The notes under the pieces were generated by a model. That model saw nothing but the letters and a program-made list of their open reading frames with translations, did not search any database and was not told where the DNA came from. A stretch of 64,000 nucleotides of DNA from Octopus sinensis. Taxonomy: Eukaryota. Below are positions 27,245-39,315 of the stretch, piece by piece. Location: NCBI RefSeq assembly GCF_006345805.1, contig NC_043009.1, forward strand, positions 43,772,001 through 43,836,000, given 5' to 3'. The position numbers were made by a program, and so were the translations under genes. Position 1 is the first letter of the stretch. Each line of letters starts with the position of its first letter.

Positions 27245-27425
27245 GGTGGTGGTAGTGGTGGTAGTGGTGGTGGTGGTGGTGGTGGTGGTAGTGGTGGTGG
27301 TGGTGGTGGTGGTGGTGGTGATGATGAAAGAAGAAGATGGTGGCGGTGGTGATGATGAAAGAAGATGGTGGTGGTGGTGGTGGTGGTGGTGGTGGTGGTG
27401 GTGGTGGTGGTGGTGGTGGTGGTGG

Positions 27426-27466
<41 letters not shown>

Positions 27467-27472
27467 AGATGA

Positions 27473-27506
<34 letters not shown>

Positions 27507-27536
27507 GCTGGTGGTGGTGGTGGTGTGATGTGCGCT

Positions 27537-27567
<31 letters not shown>

Positions 27568-27575
27568 TGATGATG

Positions 27576-27608
<33 letters not shown>

Positions 27609-27673
27609 GCTGGTGGTGGTGGTGGTGGTGGTGGTAATGATGAAAGAAGAAGATGGTGGTGCTGATGATGATA

Positions 27674-27717
<44 letters not shown>
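26757..27717. repeat. (TTC)n, (GAT)n and (GGT)n microsatellites around a SINE B remnant (27005-27180)
   Basis: Directly visible. Confidence 0.93.
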
Positions 27718-27718
<1 letters not shown>

Positions 27719-28000
27719 AATATCTGCCTAGTGAGACATATTTCAGCAATGAGGATGTGAAAGTGCTGCGATAATTGACAGAGCTTGTTGGTTTACTATC
27801 CGGCAGCGTAGCTGTTTATGATGCACAAAAAATATCTAATGTCTCGTTCTAACTATGCTTGTATACATACATATATACATATATACATATATACATAAAT
27901 ACATGCATTCAAACATACATACAAACATACACACATGCATACATACACAATATAATACAAATAATACATATATACATATATATATATAATATAATATATA

Positions 28001-28059
<59 letters not shown>

Positions 28060-28653
28060 ACGATGAATTGTATACAGCTGTAGACATTGTCATTGCAGCT
28101 TCACTACTGCTGTTGTTGATATTTGAGCAATTGTTGCCATCCTTATTAATACCGCTGTTGTTTAGAGGTGGGGGTTGTTGGAGGTACCCACCCTGAAGAG
28201 AAAACATTATCCCCAATCGTTTCAAGGTCTTCTAGATTCGAAAGAGACACCGAGGGAGTGAGAGAGAGAGAGAGAGACAAAGAGAGACAAAGAGAGAGAG
28301 TGAGAAAGAGAGAAATAGAGACAGACAAACAGAACTGGTTGAAATTGACATAGTATATGTTTATGTTCAGTTTTAATTCTAGCAGGTTTGATGCCCGATT
28401 GTGTCAGGCGAGAAGCAAAGATTCTGCAGATACGCAATTCTTTTTGAAGGATTAGTGAAAAGCATATAATTATTCATGAGGTGCATGCCAAACAGCATGA
28501 ATCCAGACAATAATATATCTGTACTTTCTCTCTGTACATTCTAGCAGTTTCGAACGTCCATAACAAATCATATTTTGTTTTTCGTCATCAGAGAATACTT
28601 CTCTTTCAACGATATGTGTTCATAAACACACGTAGTTCACTGGTATAAGGGGA

Positions 28654-28704
28654 CTTCAAAACACCGCGATGTTTCAACCTTTTTGTGTATCTTCTCAGTC
28701 GAAA
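28654..28704 (-). ncRNA. Degenerate minimal type-I hammerhead ribozyme
   Basis: TTTCGA-CTGAGAA-GATA-CACAAAAA-GGTT-GAAA-CATC-GC-GGTG-TT-TTGAAG. Confidence 0.6.
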
Positions 28705-28918
28705 ACTACCCCGCTGGACGGATGAATAAAAGAAAAAAAAAGCATGAGCTCTTCTTTATATCAGCAATAATAATTCCTGAGATGTTCTCAGAACAGCTAG
28801 AATCGAAATAGTAATGCATCTATTCATTTTTAATACGTTCTGGCAGATACGAAAATGGATATGCCATCGCTGTTACTTTTCGTCATCAGAGATCACCTCC
28901 TCCCTTGAAAGGATGCGT

Positions 28919-28969
28919 TTTCGGCCGAGGAGACCCAGAACGAGGTCGAAACATCGCGGTGTCTCGAAG
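28919..28969 (+). ncRNA. Minimal type-I hammerhead ribozyme, one substitution from the canonical core
   Basis: TTTCGG-CCGAGGA-GACC-CAGAACGA-GGTC-GAAA-CATC-GC-GGTG-TC-TCGAAG. All three helices pair, the GUC triplet ends at 28963, and the core has CCGA for CUGA. Confidence 0.78.
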
Positions 28970-29496
28970 TCCGATTACACAGGTGAATCGCGTGTGTTGT
29001 GAACATACATTGCCAAAAGGGAAGAGATGTTCTCCGATGACGAATAACAATTGCGATCAGACATTCATATTCTAATCTGCCAGAACGTATTAAGAATGAA
29101 CAGATACGCTATTGATTGATAAAAAAAAAACTTTTGCCTACAATGTGTATGAAAAAGAATCTACACAGATGGGCTTAAATAGGGTTGATAAAGAAACAGC
29201 TACTTGAAAAAAACGGAGACTGGTGTAGTGACAATAAAAATCGCATTAAGAATCATGGCACACCAATGAACATAGTGTGGCTGTAGTGTGGTAATTGCAT
29301 ATGTTAACGGTTTAATTATTGGTTAACCAGAGATCTGACACGTGCCATTTACTGGTTTTAACTGATTAAATATAAGTGTAATATGCTAACTAAGGATTGG
29401 TTGTGCAAATGATGTTCAAGAGCATTTTTTGATGGCGTCATTCTATCAATGTAGCGATTGTACAAGGCCTTTCTAATATAAGACCTGATTTAAAAA

Positions 29497-29710
29497 GGTG
29501 GCGAGCTGGCAAAATTGTCAGCACGCCAGGATAAATGCTTAGCGGCATTTCGTCCGTCTTAACGTTCTGAGTTCCACTTTGCCTGTCTTCCTTTCGGGAT
29601 CGATAAAATAAGTACCAGTGGAACACTGGGGTCGATGTAATCGACTTAGCCACCCCCAGCCCCACCCCACGAAATAGCTGGCTCTGTGTCAAAATCTGAA
29701 ACCAATATAA
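29497..29710 (+). mobile_element. SINE family B with apparent long target-site duplication
   Basis: AATATAAGACCTGATTT occurs at about 29475-29491 and again at 29704-29720. Confidence 0.85.
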
Positions 29711-29789
29711 GACCTGATTTGAGGAATGTATAATTATTTTGAAGATATAATGGCACTTTACTATTGATATAATATATCTGTGTGTTGGT

Positions 29790-30135
29790 GAAGTATGTTG
29801 AATGGTTATGAAGCTCCTTTTGCAGCAACAAGGTGCCGGTTTCGATCTCGAAACATGCTATCTCGGGCAAATTCCATTTTCTTATAACTTAGGGTCGTCT
29901 CATACGTTACGAGTGAAATAAGGTGGACGGAAACTGTACGGAAGCCAATCGAGTGCATTGTACCTATAATTCAAAATATAGCCTTCTCATACACTGTGTC
30001 ATGCTGGTTCTCCCTCAGAACTACATTAAGGAAGTATTTGTCTGTGGAATACTCCGCCACTTAAATAATAATTCAATGATTAGGTAATTCCTTTGATTGA
30101 ACAAGTGAATCCTCATCGTCGAACGACGGAGATCC
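29790..30135 (+). mobile_element. Old chimeric SINE (A-like head/core, C-like tail)
   Basis: GGTTTCGATCTC, CTCGGGCAA and GGACGGAAACTGTACGGAAGCC resemble family A; AGAACTACATTAAGG...TCTGTGGA...CCTCATCGTC matches the family C tail. Confidence 0.7.
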
Positions 30136-30449
30136 ACCACTACTTCCAGTATTTTTTTGTCACTTAGCCTTAAGTCAACCCTTATTTCATAGACCCATGG
30201 TCTTAAACATTCAATTCGTGGCCATCCCGTCTTTTTTACAACATGAACACCGTTGTTCAATTTATCCCTGTTTCAAGCCGAGAGTATGTAATTTTAAGGA
30301 AAATTCACAACTATTTCTAGCAAGTTGTGAAACTACCTGGGACTCCCTTGTACTCGTATTGTGATAAAGGGTAAATATGAGTGTATATTTACTTGTCAGA
30401 GTTTTCGTTATTGGTTTGGTAGTGAAGAAGGAGTTGTACCATCCATGGT

Positions 30450-30830
30450 ATTTGCGGGTTCTCAGAAACCAGAGACTGATGCTGCTGATGTTCTTCTGGG
30501 ACAGTTACAAGTCAGTGGCTTCATAAAATGTATGAACAAGGAACGGATATGGGGTTCCAGATGTCTGAGGAGGAAGAATTTAGCATAGTATTCAGTGTTG
30601 ATCGCGGGGCTTGTGGACTAAATAAGGAAGAGATGAGTGAATTGGGAGCAAAGGAGTAGAAGTGGGGCAAGACGTGTCGGCTCCAAAGAGTAGTAGCCAT
30701 TGCAGTGGTTGTAGATTATACAGAGAGTGAACAAACTACATCTAAGGGCCAAAGGCTGGAGTGTATTGGCGAGTAAATTCATGCTAATCAGTCGGGTTAG
30801 CATTTTAGAGATATAGTCGATGGATTAAAA
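30450..30830 (-). mobile_element. Decayed CR1/L2-group LINE ORF2 C-terminal fragment
   Basis: Peptide RLISMNLLANTLQPLALRCSLFTLCIIYNHCNGYYSLE resembles the LQPL.HRR...L..FY.Y..G.CS.EL region. Confidence 0.6.
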
Positions 30831-30894
30831 AAGAAATGTGTATTTATATGTTGGGTTTAACGTAGTAGATATGGGAGTAATATGAGTTTATTTT

Positions 30895-31115
30895 AGAGCA
30901 GTGAGTGGTAGAATCGTTAATATGCCGGGAAAAATGCTTCGTGGTATTTCATCCGTCTATGTTCTGAGTTCAAATTCCGCCGAGGTCGACTCAGCTTTTT
31001 ATTCTTTCGGGTATCGATGAAATAAGTACAAGTTGGGTACTGGGGTCGATGAATTGACTTAACTCATCTTTCACCCCCGAACTTGCTGGCGGCGTTGTGC
31101 CAAAATTTGAAAACA
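30895..31115 (+). mobile_element. SINE family B copy with the TTGTGCCAAAATTTGAAA tail
   Basis: Head, B-box-like motif and core are recognisable. Confidence 0.85.
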
Positions 31116-31470
31116 ATATAACAGTTTATTTCGTCCAGGCTTATGCATACATGTGCACAGGTATATGATCACCCTTGACCGACAGATGCCTAGTTTAAGG
31201 ACAGCTAGTGAAAATGTTATGCCAATTATTCTTTCTAAATTAGGCATGAGGTTAGTAATTTCAAGGAGAGAATGCTAATCGTTAACATCGAATACAGTTC
31301 ATGACTTTATCAACATTGGAGAGATAAAAAGCAACGTTAATCTCAGCAGGGTTTGAAATCAGGACTTAAAGAACTAGATGAAATACATCATGGCGTTTTG
31401 TCTCGTCGCAGCAACGATTCTGGAAGACGCATCGATGTCTTTGGGATGAATTCTTGACTTTATGATGGTA

Positions 31471-31593
31471 CAGGTTAATAGTCATTTATCAGAAATACTT
31501 GGAACTAGAAGTGCTTCGGATTACGGACTTTTTTCTTTCTTTTCGAATATGATTATATATTTGCATCTATAGAATGGGAGAACTTTGGGGATA
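31471..31593 (+). mobile_element. Tigger/pogo-type DNA transposon terminal fragment (Tigger4/Zombi-like)
   Basis: TA followed by CAGGTTAATAGTCATTTATCAGAAATACTTGGAACTAGAAGTGCTTCGGATT, resembling the Tigger4 terminus as I recall it. Confidence 0.6.
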
Positions 31594-31639
31594 GAAATTC
31601 GGAAGAATGCGGAATCTTACATTCATGGTGCTTCTTATA

Positions 31640-32100
31640 GTCGAAAACCCCTTGAATTGCAAAAGTTTTCATATTTGTCTTTAAGGGAATACACGAACAG
31701 GGATGAGATTCCAGAAGGTTGAGATTCTTGGGAGGAAGAACTGGACATAGTTAATGGGGAGGCATGGCGATGGATGCAACATGTTGAAGAGAAGAGGGGA
31801 GACAAGTGGATTGGGATTGCGTGAGTGGTGGAAGCATGAAACCAGTCAGATTTAAGGAAGAGAAGTCATTATAATAATGACAGAAAAGAGAGAGAAAGGA
31901 GGCAGCTTGCCTATGGGTAAGTGTCTGACGTGTATCTGGTAATGATTTGAATTCAAATCATCGGAATAGCCGTTCTCTAAATACGATCCAGCGCTGTTCG
32001 AGATGTGGGAGCGATACACCATTGTGGACCTCACTTGAACTTTGTTGAGTGGTGCTGGATATTGGAGGCTGGGAAGAGGTTAAACATTTTCTGGCCTTGA
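31640..32100 (-). mobile_element. Decayed CR1/L2-group LINE 3' fragment
   Basis: Broken frames give TLNKVQVRSTMVYRSHI, LDRI, LTHRQAASFLSLFCHYYN and FFLPRISTFWNLIP. Confidence 0.65.
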
Positions 32101-32149
32101 CAGTATTACCAGCCCATTAAATTACAAGACCTTATACATTTCTAGACAT

Positions 32150-32383
32150 ACCTATTTCTTTACTACCCACAAGGAGCTAAACACAGAGGAGACAAACAAG
32201 GACAGACAAACGGATTAAGTCGATTACATCGACCCCATTGCGTAACTGGTACTTAATTTATCGACCCCGAAAGGATGAAAGGCAAAGTCGACTTTGGCGG
32301 ATTTGAACTCAGAAAGTAACGGCAGACGAAATACGGCTACGCATTTCGCCCGGGGTGCTAACGCTTCTGCCAGCTCGCCGCCG
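32150..32383 (-). mobile_element. SINE family B, full-length copy
   Basis: Near-consensus match to 26264-26500; flanked by related CATTTCTAGACATACC sequences at about 32137 and 32393. Confidence 0.9.
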
Positions 32384-32739
32384 CCTATATGTCATTTCTA
32401 GACATACCGTTGTACACTAGTACAGTAGGGACTTCGTGTATTTTTGAGAGAAATGTAGAAACAGCGACTGGGCGGCGGTAGTGTCGGTAGGAGGTACTGA
32501 CTGAAACTAGGTTGTTGTTATGTATACGTGCATATATATATAAACACATACATATATATATATACACATTCATATTTGTATGTATGTATGTATGTCCACA
32601 GATATAATTGCCATTGTTTTTGTTGCTATTGTTTCTATCTCATTCTTTCTACATTGATGACCTTCGTCTTTCATCTATTGTTGTTGATGTCGTTATTGCA
32701 GCTGCTCCTATTACTATTGTTTCTCTTGGCGACCTTGCT

Positions 32740-32823
32740 GCTACTGTTGCTACCGCTGCTGCCACCACCGCTACTGATGTTGTTGTTGTTGTTGTCGTCG
32801 TAATAGTAGTAGCAGCAGCAGCT

Positions 32824-32854
<31 letters not shown>

Positions 32855-33137
32855 TAGTAGTAGCAGCAGTAGTAGTAGTAGTAGTAGTAGTTATTGTTGT
32901 TGATGTTGTTATTACTGACGATAATGACGGTGGAAATATCTCTGTTATGTAGTTGCTACTGTTGCTGCTGCTGCTGCTGCTTTGTTGTTGTTGTTGCTTT
33001 TGTTGCTGTTGTTGCTGTTGTTATTGTTGATGATGATGATGATGACGATGATGATGAGTCCCATGTTATGTAGTTCTAATTGCTATTGTTGTAGAGCTGC
33101 TATTTGCTCTTGATTATCAAACTTCTACAGTTCTGTG

Positions 33138-33169
<32 letters not shown>

Positions 33170-33292
33170 GGTGGTGGTGGTAGTGGTGGTGGTGGTGGTG
33201 GTGGTGTTGCTGCTGTTGCTGCTGCTTTTCCTGCTGTTGATGCTGATGATGATGATGATGATGATGACGATGACGATGATGACGATGATGAC

Positions 33293-33327
<35 letters not shown>

Positions 33328-33372
33328 GACGATGATGATGATGATGACGATGACAACGACGACGATGATGAC

Positions 33373-33446
<74 letters not shown>

Positions 33447-34060
33447 CGATGATGACGATGATGACGATGATGATGATGATGATGATGATGACGATGATGA
33501 TGATGATGACGATGACAACGACGACGATGATGATGACGACGATAATGAAAATAGTAGCTCGCGTTTATTATTGCTGCTGTTGTTGCTGTTGCTGCTGTTG
33601 TTTTTGAAGTTGTTGCTTTTGTTATTGTTAACATCAACAATACTCCAGCTCAGTAACTGCTGCAGATGCTGCTGTTGCTATTTTCACTGTTGCTCTTCTT
33701 GTTGTTGTTATTGTTGTTGTAGCTGCTGCTGCTGCGGCTGCTGCTGTCAGTGCTGCTGATGTTGTTGTTGTTGTTGTAATTGTTAATAACAATACTCCCG
33801 TTCTATAATTGCTTCTGATGCTGCTGTTGCTGCTCCTTATCCTCACTGCTGCTGCTGCTACTGCTGCTGCTACTGCTACTACTGCTGCTGCTACTACTGC
33901 TACTGCTGCTACCGCTACTGCTATTACTGCTGCTGCTACTGCTACTGCTACTTTTGTTGTTGTTGTTGTGATGGAGGTTGTTGTTGTGATCGTTGTTGTT
34001 GTGATTGTTATTGTTGTTGTTGTTGTTGTTGTTCTTGTTCTTGTTCTTGTTGCTGTCGTT
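32740..34060. repeat. Trinucleotide microsatellite cluster (GAT, GTT, GCT, GTA, GGT)
   Basis: Directly visible. Confidence 0.93.
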
Positions 34061-34443
34061 GATATTGTTATGAAATACCATCCAGCGTACTGTTTGTGTA
34101 CTTTTGTCTCTCCATTACACCATTCCGTCGCTGGTCTACAATAATACAATTATTTTATTGCCACTACTTGCAACCAGATGCTAGCATAAGGTCACAGAGT
34201 CTGAACGTTCCCGGGTTCAAATAACATTCGCTTCCCTTTTATATGTATGTATGTATGTGTGTGTGTGTATGTGTGTGTGCTTTTTTATTTCCATACACCT
34301 CTCCTCCCCATCTTTCGTTTATGTTTGTTTATATTTGTTGATATTTGTTTAAATATTTATTTATATTTCTCAAGTGCTCTATTAACTGCAATATAACTCT
34401 GAGTAAATAAACAGAGTAAACATGAACCGATAAACGAGTCGAT

Positions 34444-34499
<56 letters not shown>

Positions 34500-34549
34500 A
34501 TATATATATATATATATACATAGTTATATATACACACACACACACATAT

Positions 34550-34583
<34 letters not shown>

Positions 34584-34796
34584 ATTATATATATATATAT
34601 AAATATATTCATTATATACACTCATACATATCACATACATAAGTATATATGTATATGTACCTGCATATACATTCAAAGGTACGTGTATATATAAATTTAC
34701 ATGTGCGAGTATATGTATACGTATCTTTGGGCCTGTATACATATATATATATATAAACACATATACATATATACACACACATATATATATATACAT

Positions 34797-34845
<49 letters not shown>

Positions 34846-35499
34846 CACACACATACAGTGTGTGTATTAATGTATATAGAACGAAATCTGACCTAAGTTG
34901 TCGCTCTTGTTATTTCTAAACAGAATTAGTCATCGACTGTATGCTAGAACCCGGTACTCCAGCGTGGTCATAGCCCATTTGTTGAAACCATTAAAATAAC
35001 ATAAAAGAACAAAAACATGAAAAAGAAAAGTAATCCTAGAAAAACAAATTTAGTATTGTTCCGCCTTGGCGTCCTTCTTTCCTTGTTCGAACTACTTAAT
35101 ATTTCAGTTTTGTATAATCATTCCTCCTCCTCCTCCTCCTCCTCCTCTTCCTCCTCCTCCTCCCCCCCTCTCTCCCTCTTTCCATATATATATATATATA
35201 TATATATATATTCTAGAAATTAACGGTCCGATATTTATTTTATCAACTGGTTCTTACTTCATCATGAAGGAGTTCAAAGGAAAAAAATAATCGAAGAAAT
35301 ATAGCCAAGTGTTCGACCCGAATAAGGAGAAAACGCATCAAAAATAATTTTTTATGGCATCTGAAATATAATGCAGACAAGTACCAGATGATGAACGAAA
35401 GATTAAACTGCTATTTAATTTCCAAAAGAGCAAAGCCTTTATTAGTTTTCTCTTAAATCTACCCAATTCTACTCCACCCGGCAAGCCACACGGTGTACA

Positions 35500-35735
35500 C
35501 ACATGCTAACTGTTGAAATAGTTCTAGTTGCATCTAACAAACAAGGCCTCCGGCTTCGATAATGTCTCTTCTATAGCATTCCAATAATGCACCATAGCAC
35601 GTACTCCTATTCCCGCCAAATTCTTTCATTCTCGGGGTCTCCACAAGTATATACCCTGACATGCCTCAGTGTGTACCGTTCTCAGATCCAGCCAACTATC
35701 ATCCTATTGCACTCATCCCTAACATACTTAAGTTA
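35500..35735 (+). mobile_element. Highly decayed LINE RT N-terminal fragment (CR1/L2 group)
   Basis: Residual motifs KASGFDNV and SDPANYHPIALIPNILK (K.PGPD and NYRPI.L). Confidence 0.55.
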
Positions 35736-35829
35736 AAAAATTTCCCCGGTCTTGCTCTCAAATTTATGCCCAGTCCATCTTTCCAAGGATGAATATAATA
35801 TTAGAAAAGAATATAATATGTTCTGCATG

Positions 35830-36045
35830 ATGCAGTTATGGACTGCGGTCATGCTAGGACATAGCCTTGAAAGGTTTTAGTCGAAAAACTTGTCCACGGG
35901 AGTTATATTTTCAATACTGGCACTTATTCCATCGTTCTCTTTTGCCGAAACGCTATGATACAAAAACGTAAACAAAGCAACACAAGTTTTCAAGCGGTGG
36001 GTGAGGGCAAACACAGCACACACACACTCATGCATACATGCATAC

Positions 36046-36088
<43 letters not shown>

Positions 36089-36276
36089 TATGTATATATA
36101 TGTGTGTGTGTGTATGTGTGTGTGTGCTTTTTTTTCATACACCTCTCCTCCCCATCTTTCGTTTATGTTTGTTTATATTGTTGATATTTGTTTAAATATT
36201 TATTTATATTTCTCAAGTGCTCTATTAACTGCAATTCTACAATTCTACAATATACATATATATGTATATATGTGTG

Positions 36277-36325
<49 letters not shown>

Positions 36326-36500
36326 GAGCACACGCACACACGCACACACAGACACATCGGGCTTTCAAATAATATCCGTCAACCAAATTCATTCACAATG
36401 TTTTGGTTGGCCCTGGGCTATAGTAGAAGAGACTAGCCCAATCCAAAGTACCACATCGTAGAAGTGAATCAAAGACCACATGATTCAGAACCAAATTTCA
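35830..36500 (-). mobile_element. Diverged SINE family A interrupted by microsatellites and a local duplication
   Basis: Tail GACTGCGGTCATGCT near 35842; head part CCGTCAACCAAATTC...GCTATAGTAGAAGA near 36375-36430. Confidence 0.65.
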
Positions 36501-37065
36501 TACTTTTATAGTTACACTCGATATTTCGACCTAAACTTGGAATTCCTAATTAAGGTAGTAGAATGGTGAATTTTTCTTCAAATTATTTGTTGAAAAAAAA
36601 AATTGAATGGTTTGCGAAAATTTGCAAGGTTTCATTGGTGGATAGTACTAACCAACAAAGTGTAGAATATCTGGAAATACGAGAGTACTCCAAGTTGCTT
36701 GAAACTAAGAGGTGTGACAAATTATATTGATAAACCACTTTAAATTGACGCAGGTCATATGCTGAAGAGGGTGGGCTGGGGAGAAACACTTATGAGGTAA
36801 ATTTGAACCAGATGGTGATTGAAAGAGAAAATTAGATGGAATAATAGGAGAGAGGGAGAGAGAGACTGAGAGAGAGAGAGAAAGAGAAATAGAAAGATTT
36901 TTGAGTGTGTCAAGAGTATCGGATCGACGGTGTTCCTTTGTATGTTCGCACGTTACTTTTTTGTGAGGTGAAGGGTTGCATGTGAAGGGTCGGATAGTTG
37001 ATGAGATATATGATTAGATGACTTGGGATTATATATACATAAATATATAAATACATACCGGGTGT

Positions 37066-37148
<83 letters not shown>

Positions 37149-37303
37149 CGTGTGTAAACTTCCGCATTCTTTAATCCTTGTTTAATGTTTAACAGGCTGA
37201 TACGATAATAAATTATTCGAAATAACATTTAGACAAAGCTATAAAATTATTTCCTGTACAGAAATTTTGTTGTTGTAGTTATTGTTGTTGTTGTTATTGT
37301 TAC

Positions 37304-37339
<36 letters not shown>

Positions 37340-37358
<19 letters not shown>

Positions 37359-37755
37359 GCTCGATTTTACTCAGATTTGTTCTGACTCCTGGTAGAATTT
37401 ATGTGGGTAGCAGGTTACTACCTATAGCATTAGATATCCATAAACTTTCAATGATCTTTCAAGTCCTCAAAACCCTTCTGGTAATCTTTTCTGATCAGCA
37501 GATGCTCAACAAGATATTCTCTTCCAATTTCCTTCAACAATTTGTCTATATCATTATTCGCAGTTACTAATACACCAATTATTATAGGCACAACCTTCGC
37601 CGCTTTCATACTCTAAAATTCTCGCAATTTCAAATAAGAGATTGTATTTTCTTTAATCTTTCTTCTTTCTTTACAATTCTGGAATCAAACGGACATAATG
37701 AATCAATTAGTAAGCAACTTCGCTTTTCTTTGTCTATTATTGTCATGACTGGTTT
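37340..37755 (-). mobile_element. Decayed R4/Dong-like 3' fragment
   Basis: KPVMTIIDKEKRSCLLIDSLCPFDSRIVKKEE and KVVPIIIGVL; bounded by (TTA)n on both sides. Confidence 0.75.
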
Positions 37756-37779
37756 ATTATTATTATTGCTGTTGTTATG

Positions 37780-39218
37780 ATTGCCCTTGCACAGCTTCTA
37801 ACGCTGGAGATGTACTACGGTGTCAGCTGTTCACTACCAGTGACCTAAGGTAACACCTCTTATTTTTCGAGCCCCTTCCGGAGTATTCGAGCGGTTCCAA
37901 TCAGTGCTGTTTTCTGCAAGTACTCCACCCTTATTGCAGCCCCTATTTGTTCCATGTACTTCTCAAGATTTTTACTCACTGTTCCCACTACTCCGACAAT
38001 TATTGGTACAACTGCTACCTTTTTCAGCGACCACAACTGCTTAATCTCCCAAGCTAACCTGGCATATCTATTGACTTTTCTGTCTTCCTTATCGCATACC
38101 TTGTTGTCAGCTGGGCATGCTATATCTATGATCCAGCATAGTTGGCTTTCTTTCTCAATTAACACTATGTCCGGCTTCCTATTCTCTACCTCATGGTCGC
38201 ACTGAATCATAAAATCCCATAGGACATTTGCATTATCATTTTTGATGATGCCTTCGGGGTTGTGGTCGTACCAATTTTTCGCTATAAGTCCAAACTTGTT
38301 GCAAAGTGTCCAGTGGACAAGCCTTGCTATATTGTCGTAGCGTCTCTTATATTCCTTCTGGGCTAGTGGCGTACATTGGCTGGTAATATGCCATACGGTT
38401 ACACCATTTTGTCCACAGATTCTGCACTTATCACTTTCTGATGTGTTGTCTATTCTGTATTTTATGTAGTTTATTCTTAGTGCTTGCTCTTGGGCAGTAC
38501 AGATTAGAGCCTCCGTTTCCGGTTTTAAATCACTTTTAATCATCCACAGCCATCTTTTTTCTTGCTGTCTCATCTTCAACATCCCTATGAAATTCTCCAT
38601 GCATTGTTTTCTTTACCCACCTATTTTCAGTTTCATTCGTTTTCAATTTCTTGTATAATACTTTATCTTTGCAATCCTACACAAGCTTGACCTTCTTACT
38701 TCTAATAATAGTGGTTCTGTTGCATTTTTTACATGCCATGCTATGTTGTATTCTTCCGCTCTAATGCTGTGTTCGCATCCAATAACTCCTCTTCCTCCTT
38801 TTTTTTCTTGGTACATACAGTCTGTCTGTGTCACTTTTTGGGTGGAGTGTCCCATATCTAGTTAGCAACTTCCTTGTCTTTCTATCTAAGCTGTTTAGCT
38901 CGTCTACAGTCCATGCGATTACCCCTGCTCCATATCTAAGGAGTGAAACCGCCCAGGTGTTGATAGCTTCAATATTATTCCGTCCGTTTAATTTCGACTT
39001 AAGGATCAGTCTTAGTCTGCGCAAGTACGCCACCTTAAATTTTTCTGTGATTTATTTCTCCATCAATTTATCCATTTCCAAAATCCCCAGGTACTGATAG
39101 CCCGTTTTTTCTATCTGCTTCATAAGTTCCCCCGACGGTATCGATAACACGTCCATACATTTGATTTTGCCTCTCTTCAAGACTAACACACCACACTTTC
39201 TCAGTCCGAACTCCATTC
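37780..39218 (-). mobile_element. R4/Dong-like non-LTR retrotransposon, 5'-truncated (late RT, CCHC, REL endonuclease), frameshifted
   Basis: MEFGLRKC...YQYLGI; KSKLNGRNNIEAINTWAV...DRLYVPRKK; CRICGQNGVTVWHITSQC; RKPDIVL...IDIACP. (TAA)n lies at both ends. Confidence 0.93.
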
Positions 39219-39270
39219 TGATTATTATTATTCTGATTATTATTATTCTGATTATATTATTATATTATTA

Positions 39271-39315
<45 letters not shown>

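Larger units (their letters stand above)
28530..29113. mobile_element. Three related copies of a ~200-bp hammerhead-bearing repeat in direct and inverted arrangement (Penelope pseudo-LTR or retrozyme-like)
   Basis: 28530-28710 (minus) aligns with 28911-29090 (plus); 28806-28910 is the reverse complement of 29011-29113. Confidence 0.75.

Noticed and set aside
28577-28593. CTGATGACGAAA (minus strand; also 28877-28891) as a separate hammerhead or C/D snoRNA box
   Set aside because: There is no room for helix II and no consistent helix III or partner box; it is kept only as a conserved motif of the repeat.
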